Translations under genes and position numbers: made by a program
Shown: piece by piece, positions 9,948-20,746 of the stretch
Layout: each line of letters opens with the position of its first letter
How positions within the stretch are numbered: the stretch's first letter is position 1
Assembly: GCA_963753345.1 (NCBI GenBank)
Contig: CAVWBU010000041.1
Location: 225,323 to 289,322, forward strand
Source: an uncultured Fibrobacterota bacterium
GTDB lineage: Bacteria > Fibrobacterota > Chitinivibrionia > Chitinivibrionales > FEN-1185
Reading direction: 5' to 3'
DNA: 64,000 nucleotides
Notes under the pieces: generated by a model
Seen by the model: only the letters and a program-made list of their open reading frames with translations
Database searches by the model: none
What the model was told of the DNA's origin: nothing

Positions 9948-11624
9948 CTAGTCAAATTCCCGGTACTCAATCTCGTAGGAATACCCCTGCTCGGTGAGAA
10001 ACAGCTGTCTGTTCATCGCGAAATCGAGTTCTCTGGATTCGCGCGTGACAATTGAATAGAACACTGCCTGTTCTCCCGGCTTCTTGGGCCGCAGGATGCG
10101 GCCCAGGCGCTGGGCCTCCTCCTGCCGCGAGCCGAACGAACCGGAAATCTGGATGGCCACGTTCGCGTCGGGCAGGTCCACGGCGAAATTTCCCACTCTG
10201 GAAAGAATAAGGACGCGTATCTCGCCGGTGCGAAACTTTGCGTACAGCTCGTCGCGCCGGTCGTTGGGCGTTGCGCCCGTGATCACGGGCACGGAAAACT
10301 GCGCCGCGAATTCGTGGAGCTGCGAAAGATACTGGCCCATGATGAGCACCTGGTCATCCTTGTGCCTCTGCAAAAGTTCCTTGGCAACAGGGACCTTGCG
10401 GGTGTTCTCGTAGGCGAGGCGGATTTGTTCGCGGGGGCTCATGCCGAAGTACCTAAGCTTGTCGTCATGGGGCAGGTCCACGCGGATCTCAACGCACCGC
10501 GCCGTGGCGATCCATCCCTGGCGTTCAAGGTCTTTCCATGGTACATCGAACTTTTTAGGACCGATAAGCGTGAACACGTCGTTTTCGTGCCCATCCTCGC
10601 GGATGAGCGTCGCGGTGAGCCCGAGCCTTCGCCGCGCCTGTATCTCGGCCGTGAACTTGAACACCGGCGCCGGAAGCAGGTGCACCTCGTCGTAGATGAT
10701 GAGTCCCCAGTTCTGCGAATTGAAAATGCCGTAGTGGACAAAGGGGTCGGTTTTCTTTTTGCGGTAGGTAAGGATCTGATAGGTGGCCAGCGTGACCGGC
10801 CTGATGTCCTTGGATTCGCCCGAGTACTCGCCGATCGCCTCTGCAGGGATATCTGTTTTGTCAAGAAGCTCCCGTTTCCACTGGCGGGCCGCGGTCACAC
10901 TCGTGACAAGAATGAGCGTTCTTCGGCGCAGCAGCGACATTACATACATTCCCACAATGGTCTTGCCCGCGCCGCACGGCAGCACCACCACCCCGCTGCC
11001 TCCCGGCATCTGGGGGTTGCCAACATAGCTCTCTGCGGCCTGAACCTGGTATTCCCTTATTGTAAACTGTGCCCCGCTCAAACATTCTTTTCTAAGGGCG
11101 AGCGTGAATGGGTCGCCGTCCACGTACCCTGCAATGTCGTGAACCGGGAACCCCAGAGAAATGAGAACCTGCTTGATGACCCCGCGGTTCTGCTCCGGCA
11201 CGAGGAAGCGGTTCTCGTCGATGCGCTCGCCCAGCAGGCCGGCAAGTCTGGCGTTGCGGCTGAGGTGATGGAGCATGCCGGTATCGGAGCAGCGCAGCGC
11301 AAGCCCGGCCTCGTGGTTCTCGAGCACGAGTTTGCCGAACCTTCCCATGAGTTCGGCTATCCCTTCAGGGACGTTTTTCGGGAGGTCGTACTTTGAGAAT
11401 TTTTCCAGGTTCGCCACCACGTCCGCGGGCGTCATGCCCAGTGCCGCGGCGTTCCACAGCGACAGCGGCGTGATGGCATAGGTGTGAATATGCTCCGGAC
11501 TTTTTTCCAGGTGCGCGAACATGGTGACCGCGTCTCTCGCATCTGCAAAGAGCGGGCTGTTCACTTCGAGGAGAAGCGAGCTGTTGCTCTGGACAATAAG
11601 GGGATTGGCAAGGTTTATCGGCAC
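9948..11624 (-). CDS. Bacterial XPB (Ssl2/Rad25-like) DNA helicase
   Basis: LEKSPEHIHTYAITPLSLWNA, LPCGAGKT, DEVH, QRLGRILR. Confidence 0.93.
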   Translation of the reverse strand: MPINLANPLIVQSNSSLLLEVNSPLFADARDAVTMFAHLEKSPEHIHTYAITPLSLWNAAALGMTPADVVANLEKFSKYDLPKNVPEGIAELMGRFGKLVLENHEAGLALRCSDTGMLHHLSRNARLAGLLGERIDENRFLVPEQNRGVIKQVLISLGFPVHDIAGYVDGDPFTLALRKECLSGAQFTIREYQVQAAESYVGNPQMPGGSGVVVLPCGAGKTIVGMYVMSLLRRRTLILVTSVTAARQWKRELLDKTDIPAEAIGEYSGESKDIRPVTLATYQILTYRKKKTDPFVHYGIFNSQNWGLIIYDEVHLLPAPVFKFTAEIQARRRLGLTATLIREDGHENDVFTLIGPKKFDVPWKDLERQGWIATARCVEIRVDLPHDDKLRYFGMSPREQIRLAYENTRKVPVAKELLQRHKDDQVLIMGQYLSQLHEFAAQFSVPVITGATPNDRRDELYAKFRTGEIRVLILSRVGNFAVDLPDANVAIQISGSFGSRQEEAQRLGRILRPKKPGEQAVFYSIVTRESRELDFAMNRQLFLTEQGYSYEIEYREFD

Positions 11625-11940
11625 AATCTTTCCAGGTTTTTCTGCGCGAATAGCGCAAGACTTCGGAAAATAACCTATGCCGGGAATTTTATAAACCTCT
11701 ATTAGTCATGTTTTCATATTTTTCGGGGGAGAAGTATCTCCCCCGGCCTCGGCCCTACGGTCCTCGGCACTCCCCTCTCCAGGGTGCACCCCAAGTAGAA
11801 ACAGTTGCAAAACCAGACAACTGTGTGGGGGCACCCACGAAGAGCAGTTGAAAAGTTGAAAATTTCAGGGGAAGCCATGGGTTATTTATTTAGGTCACCG
11901 ATTGGCGCGAGAATAATATTCTTGACTGAATAGAATCCAT

Positions 11941-12098
11941 CTGCCGCTGCGTTAGGGGGACCGGAGGGTGAGCTGAAGCGAATTGCCGCCTGACCACGGC
12001 CCGCAGGGCCCTCGTGGCAGGCGGCAACGAGGCGAATAGCCGAGCCCGTAGGGAGACCGACCCGCCCCTCGTTTTTTATGAGGGGCGGGGAACGCCCA
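11941..12098. repeat. Structured intergenic repeat, copy 1
   Basis: Shares scaffold gcgttagggg...attgccgcctga...caggcgRcaacgaggcgaaYagccgagcccg...ccgacccg...aacgccca with 17388-17536. Confidence 0.85.
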
Positions 12099-12293
12099 TT
12101 TTCTCCTGCATACTATCAAGTGGTGTCCCCACCAAGAATTTCATTAATTATTATTGGCTCTTGTCGTACCATTGACTATTGATTTTACAATTAGTAATTT
12201 ATAAACGAATCTTTTTTGGCGACACATTGTGGCGAACAAACATATGCCGCTTCATTTCCAAAGCGGTATTTTGTTTTTTGGGGGGATTCCATC

Positions 12294-13580
12294 ATGCCAA
12301 ACGCAGTTGTGGTCGGCACGCAGTGGGGCGACGAGGGCAAGGCAAAAGTCATCGACTACCTTGCGAGGCAGAGCGACATCGTCATCCGTTTTCACGGCGG
12401 CGCAAACGCGGGCCATACCGTTATTGCCGACGGGAAGAAGTTCGTTTTCCACATGGTCCCCTCGGGCATCATGTACCCGGGCAAGACCTGTGTGGTGTCC
12501 AACGGCGTGGTGTTCGACATCGAACAATTCCTCAGGGAAATCGACGAGCTGCTTGCCAAGAACGTGCAGGTGGAGGGAAGGCTTTTCGTTTCCGACCTCG
12601 CCCATCTCGTGATGCCTTATCACAAGCTCCAGGACAGCGCCAGCGAAACGGCAATGGGTTCGCAGAAGATCGGCACCACCGGCCGCGGCATCGGGCCGGC
12701 CTACGCGGACAAGGCGATGCGCACCGGGCTGCGGGTCGGCGACCTTGTCGACGGGGAATCCTTTGCGGCAAAGCTTGCAAAGACTTTTGAGAGCAAGAAG
12801 CAGCTTCTCTCATTTTATAAGCAGCCTTTCACCCTGGACCTCGACCAGATGACCGAAACCTACCGCGGGTTCCGGAGGCGGATGCTCCCGTTTATCGCGG
12901 ACACCGGCGACCTGCTTTACAAAGCGGTGCAAGGCGGCAAGAGCCTGCTGTTCGAGGGCGCGCAGGGCACGTTTCTCGACATCGACCACGGCACCTACCC
13001 GTTCGTCACGTCGTCGAACACGGTCGCCGGCGCGGCATGCACGGGCGCCGGTGTCGGCCCGTCGCTTGTCAACCACGTGATCGGCATCGTAAAGGCCTAC
13101 ACCACGCGCGTAGGGAACGGTCCGTTCCCCACCGAGATTCCGGGCGACCTCGGCGAACGCATCCGGACCATGGGCGGCGAATTCGGCGCGACAACGGGAC
13201 GGCCGCGGCGCTGCGGCTGGTTCGACAGCGTGCTCCTGCGGCGTTCCGCCCAGTTAAACGGCCTCACCCGGCTGGCGCTCACCAAGCTCGACGTTCTGAG
13301 CGGCCTTGACGAAATACAAATCTGCACGCATTATGAAGTGGACGGGAAAAGGGTCGATTTGTTCCCTACCTCTTTGGACGCCGTCCAGAAGGCCGTCCCG
13401 GCGTACGTAACCATGCCGGGATGGAAGACTGATCTCTCGAAATGCAAACATCTCACCGACCTGCCCGACAAAGCGCTCGCATACGTCAAGAAGCTGCAGT
13501 CGGTCTGCTACAACATTCCGCTGCTGCTGGTGTCGGTGGGACCCGAGAGGATCCAGACGATCGAGGTGGAAGCGCTGTAG
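12294..13580 (+). CDS. purA: Adenylosuccinate synthase
   Basis: GTQWGDEGKAK, IGTTGRGIGP, EGAQG, ATTGRPRRCGW; start moved to MPNAVVVG. Confidence 0.97.
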   Translation: MPNAVVVGTQWGDEGKAKVIDYLARQSDIVIRFHGGANAGHTVIADGKKFVFHMVPSGIMYPGKTCVVSNGVVFDIEQFLREIDELLAKNVQVEGRLFVSDLAHLVMPYHKLQDSASETAMGSQKIGTTGRGIGPAYADKAMRTGLRVGDLVDGESFAAKLAKTFESKKQLLSFYKQPFTLDLDQMTETYRGFRRRMLPFIADTGDLLYKAVQGGKSLLFEGAQGTFLDIDHGTYPFVTSSNTVAGAACTGAGVGPSLVNHVIGIVKAYTTRVGNGPFPTEIPGDLGERIRTMGGEFGATTGRPRRCGWFDSVLLRRSAQLNGLTRLALTKLDVLSGLDEIQICTHYEVDGKRVDLFPTSLDAVQKAVPAYVTMPGWKTDLSKCKHLTDLPDKALAYVKKLQSVCYNIPLLLVSVGPERIQTIEVEAL

Positions 13581-13596
13581 GAAAAGGGAGATTCCC

Positions 13597-14325
13597 TTGC
13601 GTCTCAAGCTCCTTGCCTGCGAGGTCTTCACCCGCGAAATCGGCCTCTGCTTGGCGGAAGTACCGCATACCGTCGATGTCGAGTTCACCGCAATTGATTC
13701 GCACGACAGCCCCGACGCTTTGCGACAGTCGCTGCAGGCCGCGATTGACAAGGCGGAAGCATCCGGCCGCGACTGCGACGCGGTCCTGCTGTGCTACGGC
13801 CTGTGCGGAAACGCAACCGTGGGGCTTGTCGCAAGATCCGCGCAGCTCGTTATTCCCCGCGCGCACGACTGCTGCACCATTCTCCTCGGTTCGAAGAGGC
13901 TCTTTAGGCAGCATTTTGGGGCGTGTCCGAGCCAGTCGTTCTGCTCGCGCGGGCACATCGAGCGCGGCTCGCGAGCGCACGTTCATCACGCGTGGATGCT
14001 GTCGGCCGGGAAGCGGCGGGAACTGCTGGCGAGGCTTTACGGAGAAGAAAATGCGGACGATCTCGCGAAAGCCATGGCCGGGCCCGATACCGGGCGGCTT
14101 GTCTATGTCAACGTGAAACCCACCGAGAGCAGGGAATGTATTGACGCATGCGGAAAAACAGCTGCCGATGAGAACCGGGAGTTTGTACAGCTTGACGGAA
14201 GCCTCGCACTTATTCGCAACCTTATTTCGGGCAATTGGTACCCTGATGATTTTCTTGTTGTAAACCCCGGTTGCAGGATTTCCGGCGTTTACGACTGGGA
14301 CCGTGTGATGGAAGCCGCTGAGTGA
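13597..14325 (+). CDS. DUF1638-like Cys-containing protein
   Basis: LLACEVF, YGLCGNA, PRAHDCCTILLGS motifs. Confidence 0.75.
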   Translation: MRLKLLACEVFTREIGLCLAEVPHTVDVEFTAIDSHDSPDALRQSLQAAIDKAEASGRDCDAVLLCYGLCGNATVGLVARSAQLVIPRAHDCCTILLGSKRLFRQHFGACPSQSFCSRGHIERGSRAHVHHAWMLSAGKRRELLARLYGEENADDLAKAMAGPDTGRLVYVNVKPTESRECIDACGKTAADENREFVQLDGSLALIRNLISGNWYPDDFLVVNPGCRISGVYDWDRVMEAAE

Positions 14326-14397
14326 TGGGCTGCATCAGCGCAATCAGCGGTGATTGACGGAAGGCAATCCCCTCCTTGATTGATCCTTCTGCCGAGA

Positions 14398-15156
14398 CTA
14401 ATCGCCGGGAGGATGGTCCTTTGTCAGGTCATCAACAATACTCTTCAATTTTCCAAAATGGCTCCCCTGCCAGTACACCTTGCCGCATGACGCACATCGG
14501 TGGAATTCTCGATAGCATTCCTTGGTCTTCCGCGGCACCAGCGCAAGAACCGATTCCGCGGACGCCCGTTCCATGGCGCCGTTGCACAGCATGCACCGCG
14601 AAAACGGCCTCATGGCAGGCACGAGGTCGAACCGCCGCACCACTTCGCGGGCCTGCTCGCGCGGCCGCGTGCTGCGCACGCAGTACCCGCGGCTGACTGC
14701 TTTACGCTTGAGAATTCCCCTGTCGCGGGTGAGAACACACCGTTGGTGCGAAACGGCGGCCTCAACAATTTCCTCATCGGCGTAATCGTTTTTGTACAGG
14801 GTATCGAATCCCGCAAGGCGCAGCAGGCGCGCAAGCGCGCCCAGGTGCACGTCGCAGATAAACGAAGGCTCCCGCAGCGGCGCCGGCCGCAGCTTTACGA
14901 CAGGAGATATGTCGAGCGATTCGAACAACGGATACACCGCCGCCGCATCGCCGTTTTCGAGCCGGTGGCCGAACTCGACGGAAACGCCGTTCACCACGAT
15001 CAGGTCGATTTCGGTGTGCGGCACGCCGAGCGCCTCTACGGCGTCCTTTACCGAAGGGCTTCCGTCGAAACGGTACTCAAACCGCTTTCTGCGCTTGTCC
15101 AGCGGCAGAAAATCGTTGAGCTCCTCGTAGAACCTGAAGGTGCAGGCGGACCACAT
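14398..15156 (-). CDS. Mut7-C RNase domain protein with N-terminal ubiquitin-like domain
   Basis: RFYEELNDFLP, GVPHTEID, DVHLGALARLLRLAGFDT, C-terminal CxxC...CxxCGKVYWQGSH. Confidence 0.9.
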   Translation of the reverse strand: MWSACTFRFYEELNDFLPLDKRRKRFEYRFDGSPSVKDAVEALGVPHTEIDLIVVNGVSVEFGHRLENGDAAAVYPLFESLDISPVVKLRPAPLREPSFICDVHLGALARLLRLAGFDTLYKNDYADEEIVEAAVSHQRCVLTRDRGILKRKAVSRGYCVRSTRPREQAREVVRRFDLVPAMRPFSRCMLCNGAMERASAESVLALVPRKTKECYREFHRCASCGKVYWQGSHFGKLKSIVDDLTKDHPPGD

Positions 15157-15321
15157 GACGAAAGAATAATTCGCGCCGCGGTATCGGAGAAACGTGTGCC
15201 TGCGGTTTCGTCTGATCCCCCGTTCCTGTCCGCCCGCGATTATTTTATTGATGCGCGCACCCCTTCCCTGTCACTAGGGACGAGGTTCTTCAATATTTTC
15301 CACCTATATCCGAGAGGCCAT

Positions 15322-16260
15322 ATGAAGAACAGGTTGGCACTGCTGTTTCTCATATTTCTTGCCACCGCTGCAACCGCCGGGAAACCGAAACGCGACGTGT
15401 TTGTTTTTATTCCGGACCTCACTGAACGAAAGCTTGGCTTTGCGCTTTCCCCGGAGGAAAAGGCGGAGAACAAGGACTTCATAGCGCGCAGGATCGGGCG
15501 GCTTGCAAAAGGGGTTCCGTGCATTGCGAAATGCAACACGGCATCTGTGGATTCGGCGAAAGCGAAACGCGCCATAGTCGCCGTTTTTCTGATCAAACAA
15601 TTCTTCCTGTCCTATTACAGCATCGGTTATCGTCAGGGAACAACAAACGCGCTGCTCGCGGTTTTTGATACTGCGAACGGGTATTCCCGGCCTTGTTTTA
15701 CCGTCTCCGGCTGCGATACGGGAACCACCTGGTGGGGCAACTACAAACCTTTCACCACGTCTCTGAGATCGGTGATCTATTCTTTCGAAGACTCTTTCAA
15801 GAAGGCGAAGGACCGAGGTCAATCCATATCATCAGGAACTATTGAGGAACTTGCGCTTTCATCGCCGACCGCAGATTGCGATGCCACGGTGTATTTGAGA
15901 ACGCCGCAGTTCACGCCCGAAACCATAGGGTATGCGCCGACCGATGAGGAGATGCACGATTTCTCGAACGAAATAGCGTATTATCTTGAATCGATAACCG
16001 GAAAACGCGTCCTCATTTTCGAAAAGGGTGCGGAAGACAGCATTTCCTCTTGCGCAAAACAATTCGCGGAATTCGAAATTTCCCGGAAGAACAGCACTTT
16101 CTCTCTTTTGTTGTTTCCAAAATCCACAGAAGCCGGCATTACATTCAAGAAAAGTCTTGTGGCAGGAAAAGATGCCGATTGGAGTGACAGTGAACTCTTC
16201 TGCAACCTCATCTCCGATGCGTTCCTAAGGTTCTCCAGAGACTTTTTGGCAAAGAAATAA
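15322..16260 (+). CDS. Secreted hypothetical protein
   Basis: GAGG then MKNRLALLFLIFLATAATA signal peptide; true start lies inside the 14500 ORF. Confidence 0.7.
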   Translation: MKNRLALLFLIFLATAATAGKPKRDVFVFIPDLTERKLGFALSPEEKAENKDFIARRIGRLAKGVPCIAKCNTASVDSAKAKRAIVAVFLIKQFFLSYYSIGYRQGTTNALLAVFDTANGYSRPCFTVSGCDTGTTWWGNYKPFTTSLRSVIYSFEDSFKKAKDRGQSISSGTIEELALSSPTADCDATVYLRTPQFTPETIGYAPTDEEMHDFSNEIAYYLESITGKRVLIFEKGAEDSISSCAKQFAEFEISRKNSTFSLLLFPKSTEAGITFKKSLVAGKDADWSDSELFCNLISDAFLRFSRDFLAKK

Positions 16261-16283
16261 TCCTGAAAACAGGGTGAACTACT

Positions 16284-17291
16284 ATGACAAACATTGCCAG
16301 AACTTCAAATCCCCTTTTTGCACTCACCATGGGCGACCCCGCCGGCATCGGTCCGGAAATCGCCCTCAAGGCGCTTTCTTCTCCGGAACTTCCCGCCGGA
16401 TGCGATGTTTTCATCATCGGCGATTTCTGCATCTTGGAAAAAACCTCGGCTCAACTCAAACGTGCAGACAGGTTCCACGCAATGTCGTCCGCTCAGGATT
16501 TCCGGCGCGGCAGCATCAACATACTTGACATGAAGGAGATCGACTGCAAAGATTTCGCCGTGGGAAAAACACAGGCGGCATGCGGAAAGGCATCGTTCAA
16601 TTATATAATTAAGGGAATTGACCTGTGCCTTGACAAGCAAATAGGCGGCATCATAACCAACCCCATCAGCAAGGAAGCGCTTCACCTCGCCGGCATCAAC
16701 TACCCCGGCCACACCGAAATCCTCGCCGACAAGACCGGCGCCACAGATTTCTCCATGGTGTTCGCGCTTGACAATGTCTATGTCGCGCATGTCACCACGC
16801 ACGTGAGCCTGCGCGACGCCATCGGACTTGTCACCTGCGACAGGGTGCTCATGAACATCCGTCTTCTGCACACAACGCTCAAACGCCTCGCCGTAAAGGC
16901 GCCCCGGATCGCGGTGGGCGGACTCAACCCGCATGCTGGCGAGAACGGGCTGTTCGGCGACGAGGAAATAAAACACATTGCACCCGCGGTGGAACTTGCC
17001 AAAAAGGAAGGCATCGGCGCTTGGGGCCCGTATCCGCCCGATACAGTATTTTCGCGCGCGTTCAAGGGCGAATTCGACGGCGTGGTTGCCATGCTGCACG
17101 ACCACGGGTTCGTGGCGCTCAAGTCGCGCGATTTTGAGAACGGGGTGAACATCACCGTCGGCCTTCCCATTATCCGCACGTCGGTGGGCCACGGGACCGC
17201 ATTCGACATTGCAGGAAAAGGCATCGCTTCGGAAAAGAGCCTGCTGGCGGCGATCAGGGCGGCGGTGATGCTGTGGAAAAATAAGAGTTGA
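16284..17291 (+). CDS. pdxA: 4-hydroxythreonine-4-phosphate dehydrogenase family
   Basis: TMGDPAGIGPE, GHTE, GLNPHAGE, RTSVGHGTAFDIAG. Confidence 0.93.
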   Translation: MTNIARTSNPLFALTMGDPAGIGPEIALKALSSPELPAGCDVFIIGDFCILEKTSAQLKRADRFHAMSSAQDFRRGSINILDMKEIDCKDFAVGKTQAACGKASFNYIIKGIDLCLDKQIGGIITNPISKEALHLAGINYPGHTEILADKTGATDFSMVFALDNVYVAHVTTHVSLRDAIGLVTCDRVLMNIRLLHTTLKRLAVKAPRIAVGGLNPHAGENGLFGDEEIKHIAPAVELAKKEGIGAWGPYPPDTVFSRAFKGEFDGVVAMLHDHGFVALKSRDFENGVNITVGLPIIRTSVGHGTAFDIAGKGIASEKSLLAAIRAAVMLWKNKS

Positions 17292-17387
17292 CAGTTGACG
17301 GTTGGCGGTTGACAGTTGAAAAAGCCCGGAAGGATGACCCAAAGCTTCAGTCTGGCGCGAAACAAAACTTGACAGATTTGATTTCCT

Positions 17388-17536
17388 CTGCCGCGCGTTA
17401 GGGGCGACTGAAGTGGTCCCGCCATAGCGGGATTGCCGCCTGATCCCTCCCCGAAGGGGACTAGGGACAGGCGACAACGAGGCGAACAGCCGAGCCCGAA
17501 GGAGAACCGACCCGAGCGCAGCGAGGGAAACGCCCA
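17388..17536. repeat. Structured intergenic repeat, copy 2
   Basis: Homologous to 11941-12098 with different but still paired internal hairpins. Confidence 0.85.
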
Positions 17537-17560
17537 ACTCTTTTCCTTCTTATTTATCTA

Positions 17561-18385
17561 CTAATTACCGCTTGCGCACCTAAACCCGATCATACTGTCC
17601 CTGGTCTTCGGCTCGTCGCTCCCGCGCGCCGCGCACCTGACCCTCTTTGCATCGTCCATCCACGAGCCGCCGCGCTCGACCTGGAACCGTCCCGTGCTTG
17701 ACAAAGGATTTCGCACCGTACTCGTGCGGTACATGTTGTCCGAAAACTTGTCGGCGCACCATTCGCGTACGTTGCCGAGCATGTCGTACAGGCCAAGCGC
17801 GTTGGGCCGTTTCTGGCCCACCGGATGGGTCCTGTTTCGGGAATCGCCGGCGTACCACACGCACCCCGTGTCCATGACCACGCCCCAGTAGTACCGTGTG
17901 GTCGTTCCCCCGCGGGCCGCAAATTCCCATTCGGCCTCGGTGGGCAGGCGCTTGCCCAGCTTGTCGCAGTACTCTCTCGCTTCATACCACGACACGTATT
18001 CCACCGGGCAGTTCGGGCACTTGCCGAACGTCGAAGGGTTTTTCTTTGTTGCGCGCTCGTATTCGGTCTGCGTCACTTCGTATCTGTCAATGTAAAAACC
18101 GTCAACGCACACCTGGTGCTGGGGCCGCTCGTCGGCGTCACCCTCGCCCTCCGGACTCCCCATCACAAAACACCCGCCCTCGACATGCGCCATGTTGACA
18201 TGCGAGGGTCCCGCCGGAACTTCGGCCTGCAGCGCCTGGGCGTTGATTGCCGAATCGGATTCGGAATCGGGCTGGACGGTGTCGGCGACGCCGGGAATGC
18301 GGAGGTACATCTTGACTTCTCCGGCGTGAGCGGACAATGCCGTAAGAAAGACAATGGTTGATATGATTGCAAGGAAGAGTCTCAT
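17561..18385 (-). CDS. FGE-sulfatase (SUMF1) domain protein, secreted
   Basis: Signal peptide; RLPTEAEWE, GLYDMLGNVREW, RGGSW, GFRC. Confidence 0.9.
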   Translation of the reverse strand: MRLFLAIISTIVFLTALSAHAGEVKMYLRIPGVADTVQPDSESDSAINAQALQAEVPAGPSHVNMAHVEGGCFVMGSPEGEGDADERPQHQVCVDGFYIDRYEVTQTEYERATKKNPSTFGKCPNCPVEYVSWYEAREYCDKLGKRLPTEAEWEFAARGGTTTRYYWGVVMDTGCVWYAGDSRNRTHPVGQKRPNALGLYDMLGNVREWCADKFSDNMYRTSTVRNPLSSTGRFQVERGGSWMDDAKRVRCAARGSDEPKTRDSMIGFRCASGN

Positions 18386-18469
18386 TGATCCCGCTTCTTT
18401 GACTGATTGGTATTTATGCGCTTCACTTGACAATTGCACTTTTCCCATTCTTGTGCACCGCGTATACGG

Positions 18470-19117
18470 TTACTTGGCTTTCTGCGACAACGTGTCTTTT
18501 GCGGCCGGCACGGTCTTCTTTGCGGCAGGTACGGCCGCGACCTCAACCAGCGACACCTTGGTAATCACGACGGGCGTTACGGGCACGTCCTGGTACATGC
18601 CCGAATTTCCCGTGGGCTCGTTCTCGATGGCCGTCACCACGTTGAGTCCCGACACCACTTTTCCGAAAACGCAATAGCCCCACCCTTCCGGGTCCTTGCT
18701 CCTAAAATTAAGGAACGCGTTATCCTTGACGTTGACAAAAAACTGCGCGGTCGCGGAATTGGGGTCGGGCGTTCGCGCCATGGCAAGCGTGCCCAGGCCG
18801 TTCTTGAGGCCGTTGTCCGCTTCGTTGACCACCGGCGGCCTGGTGGGCTTTTCGGTCATGTCCTTTGTAAAGCCGCCGCCCTGGATCATGAAATTCTTGA
18901 TGACGCGGTGAAAAATGGTGCCGTCGTAAAATCCGTCATGAACATACTGGAGAAAATTCGCCACGGTCTTCGGGGCCGCCTTGGAGAAAAGCTCGGCAAC
19001 AATGGTGCCCTTGGTGGTCTCGATCTTCACGCGCGGGTTTGCTGCGCCGTCGGCGGCGAATGTGGTCAATGACCCAGCGAGAACTGCGGCTGTTGCAATG
19101 GCAATCAACTTCTTCAT
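18470..19117 (-). CDS. Cyclophilin-type peptidyl-prolyl isomerase, exported
   Basis: FHRVIKNFMIQGGG, AMART, SATAQFFVN; signal peptide. Confidence 0.95.
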   Translation of the reverse strand: MKKLIAIATAAVLAGSLTTFAADGAANPRVKIETTKGTIVAELFSKAAPKTVANFLQYVHDGFYDGTIFHRVIKNFMIQGGGFTKDMTEKPTRPPVVNEADNGLKNGLGTLAMARTPDPNSATAQFFVNVKDNAFLNFRSKDPEGWGYCVFGKVVSGLNVVTAIENEPTGNSGMYQDVPVTPVVITKVSLVEVAAVPAAKKTVPAAKDTLSQKAK

Positions 19118-19271
19118 GAAAGACTCCTTGCTAATACTTGTTGATGAATTGATGGGTTATTGGGTTAATGATTGAACGCGCTCATGAGTTGTTGGATTGA
19201 AGGGTGAAGAGCGATAAAGAAGATATGCCTTCCGGTGACGCTTCAATTCATCAACCATGCAACAGTTCACT

Positions 19272-19556
19272 TCAGTCCCACTTGAACGGCGACTCGTAAT
19301 CGCCTTCGATCTCCTCGGGTTTTTCCTTTGCCGTCTTGAACTTCTGCTCGATCTCGGCCTTGCGCTTCGCCTTTTCCTCCGCCGCTTTCTTGAACTTGTC
19401 CTCCCACTGGGAGCTCTTTTCCTTCTGCTGCTTTACAAAATCATCAAAATCAGTCTTCTTCTGGTCGGCCGACTTGTGGTCCACCACCCTGCCGGTCGAC
19501 TGGTCCACCCAGAGGGTTCCCTTGCACAGGGGACACTTCACTTCAAAAAGGCTCAT
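19272..19556 (-). CDS. Small hypothetical protein (CxxC plus charged helix)
   Basis: VKCPLCKGTLWVD; GGAGG RBS upstream. Confidence 0.7.
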   Translation of the reverse strand: MSLFEVKCPLCKGTLWVDQSTGRVVDHKSADQKKTDFDDFVKQQKEKSSQWEDKFKKAAEEKAKRKAEIEQKFKTAKEKPEEIEGDYESPFKWD

Positions 19557-19807
19557 TACATGCCTCCGGCTTTCGGGTGAGAACCGGGAACGCGCTCCCG
19601 GATGCTCGATGACTAGTCTCTAAAATAACTTTTAAATGATTTCCCCGACCACTTTTTTCCCTGCCGCCCCGAAGTTCGGCTCAAGACACTACAACCTTGC
19701 CCGGCGGCCAATTTATATTATTGCGGACCTTCCACCGCGCCAAGCCTGTCTGCAACCGAATCGGGTGCCGCCCCGGGCGGCGCCACGTGGAACCATTTCG
19801 TCGTATT

Positions 19808-20665
19808 ATGGAAAATCAATCCGAACTTCCCTTTGAAGGATTTAAGCGCTTCGTTCAGGAACCGCTCGAAGCGGACGACCCGCTTTCCTTCGACCGGGTG
19901 AAGAATATCCTCCTCGAAAACCCCGGCGCGCAGAGCGACCCGTTCAGGTTTCTCGTGCAGCGCTTGACAGGAAAGACTTTCCGCGGCCGGGACGCGCGCG
20001 ACCGCTGGCAGAAGATCCTTGCGCACAAGGCCGACATGCAGGCGAAACTCGGGCGCCCCGTCACCATCGGGGTCGCCGCCGCCGACTACTTCGACGTCAT
20101 CGGACCCGCTGGAACCCCGATGCTTGACGACCCGGCGCTTGCCGACCCCGCCCTGCCCGGAAGCGGCGTCGACCGCGAGGAATGGATCAACCGCGCGTAC
20201 GCGCCCGGCTACCACCTGGAAAAGCTCAAGGAGGAAATGATGCGCGCCAAACGGTACCGGCATGCGCTGTCGGCGCTGTTGCTCGACGTCGACCATTTTC
20301 ACAAAATCAACCAGGATTTCTCGTTCAAGACCGGAGACGAAGTGCTCACCCTTATCGTGAAGATCATCAAGAAGACGGTCCGTGCGGTCGACATCATCAC
20401 GCGCTATTCGGGCGACCGGTTTCTTATCATTCTCCCCAACACCAACCGACGGGAGGCCTGCGAGCTCGCCGAGCGCCTTCGCGCCAACGTCGGGGAACGC
20501 ACCGGCCGCATCAAGGGGCTTTCGGCCGGCGTGACGGCAACGCTCGCGGCGGGCCAATCCTCAAAGGAAAGCGCGTCCGCGGAATTCATGAAATCCCTTG
20601 AATGCACCCTGGAAGAGGGCAAGAAGAAAAGCCGGAACGCGGTATACATATGCGAGGGATGTTAG
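19808..20665 (+). CDS. GGDEF-domain protein with degenerate active site
   Basis: LLLDVDHFHKINQ, GDEVL, RAVDIITRYSGDRF. Confidence 0.88.
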   Translation: MENQSELPFEGFKRFVQEPLEADDPLSFDRVKNILLENPGAQSDPFRFLVQRLTGKTFRGRDARDRWQKILAHKADMQAKLGRPVTIGVAAADYFDVIGPAGTPMLDDPALADPALPGSGVDREEWINRAYAPGYHLEKLKEEMMRAKRYRHALSALLLDVDHFHKINQDFSFKTGDEVLTLIVKIIKKTVRAVDIITRYSGDRFLIILPNTNRREACELAERLRANVGERTGRIKGLSAGVTATLAAGQSSKESASAEFMKSLECTLEEGKKKSRNAVYICEGC

Positions 20666-20746
20666 CGAATTTGTTTTTGCGGCCCGGTGATTTTGATTAT
20701 ATTAGTACGTTGTGTTTCAAGTCTTTAAAATCGGGGTGGTACGGCT

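Noticed and set aside
14500-15321. N-terminal extension of the 586-aa ORF, and the similar extension of 21522-22955
   Set aside because: Overlaps real genes (Mut7-C, cvpA). Better starts exist at 15322 and 22137.
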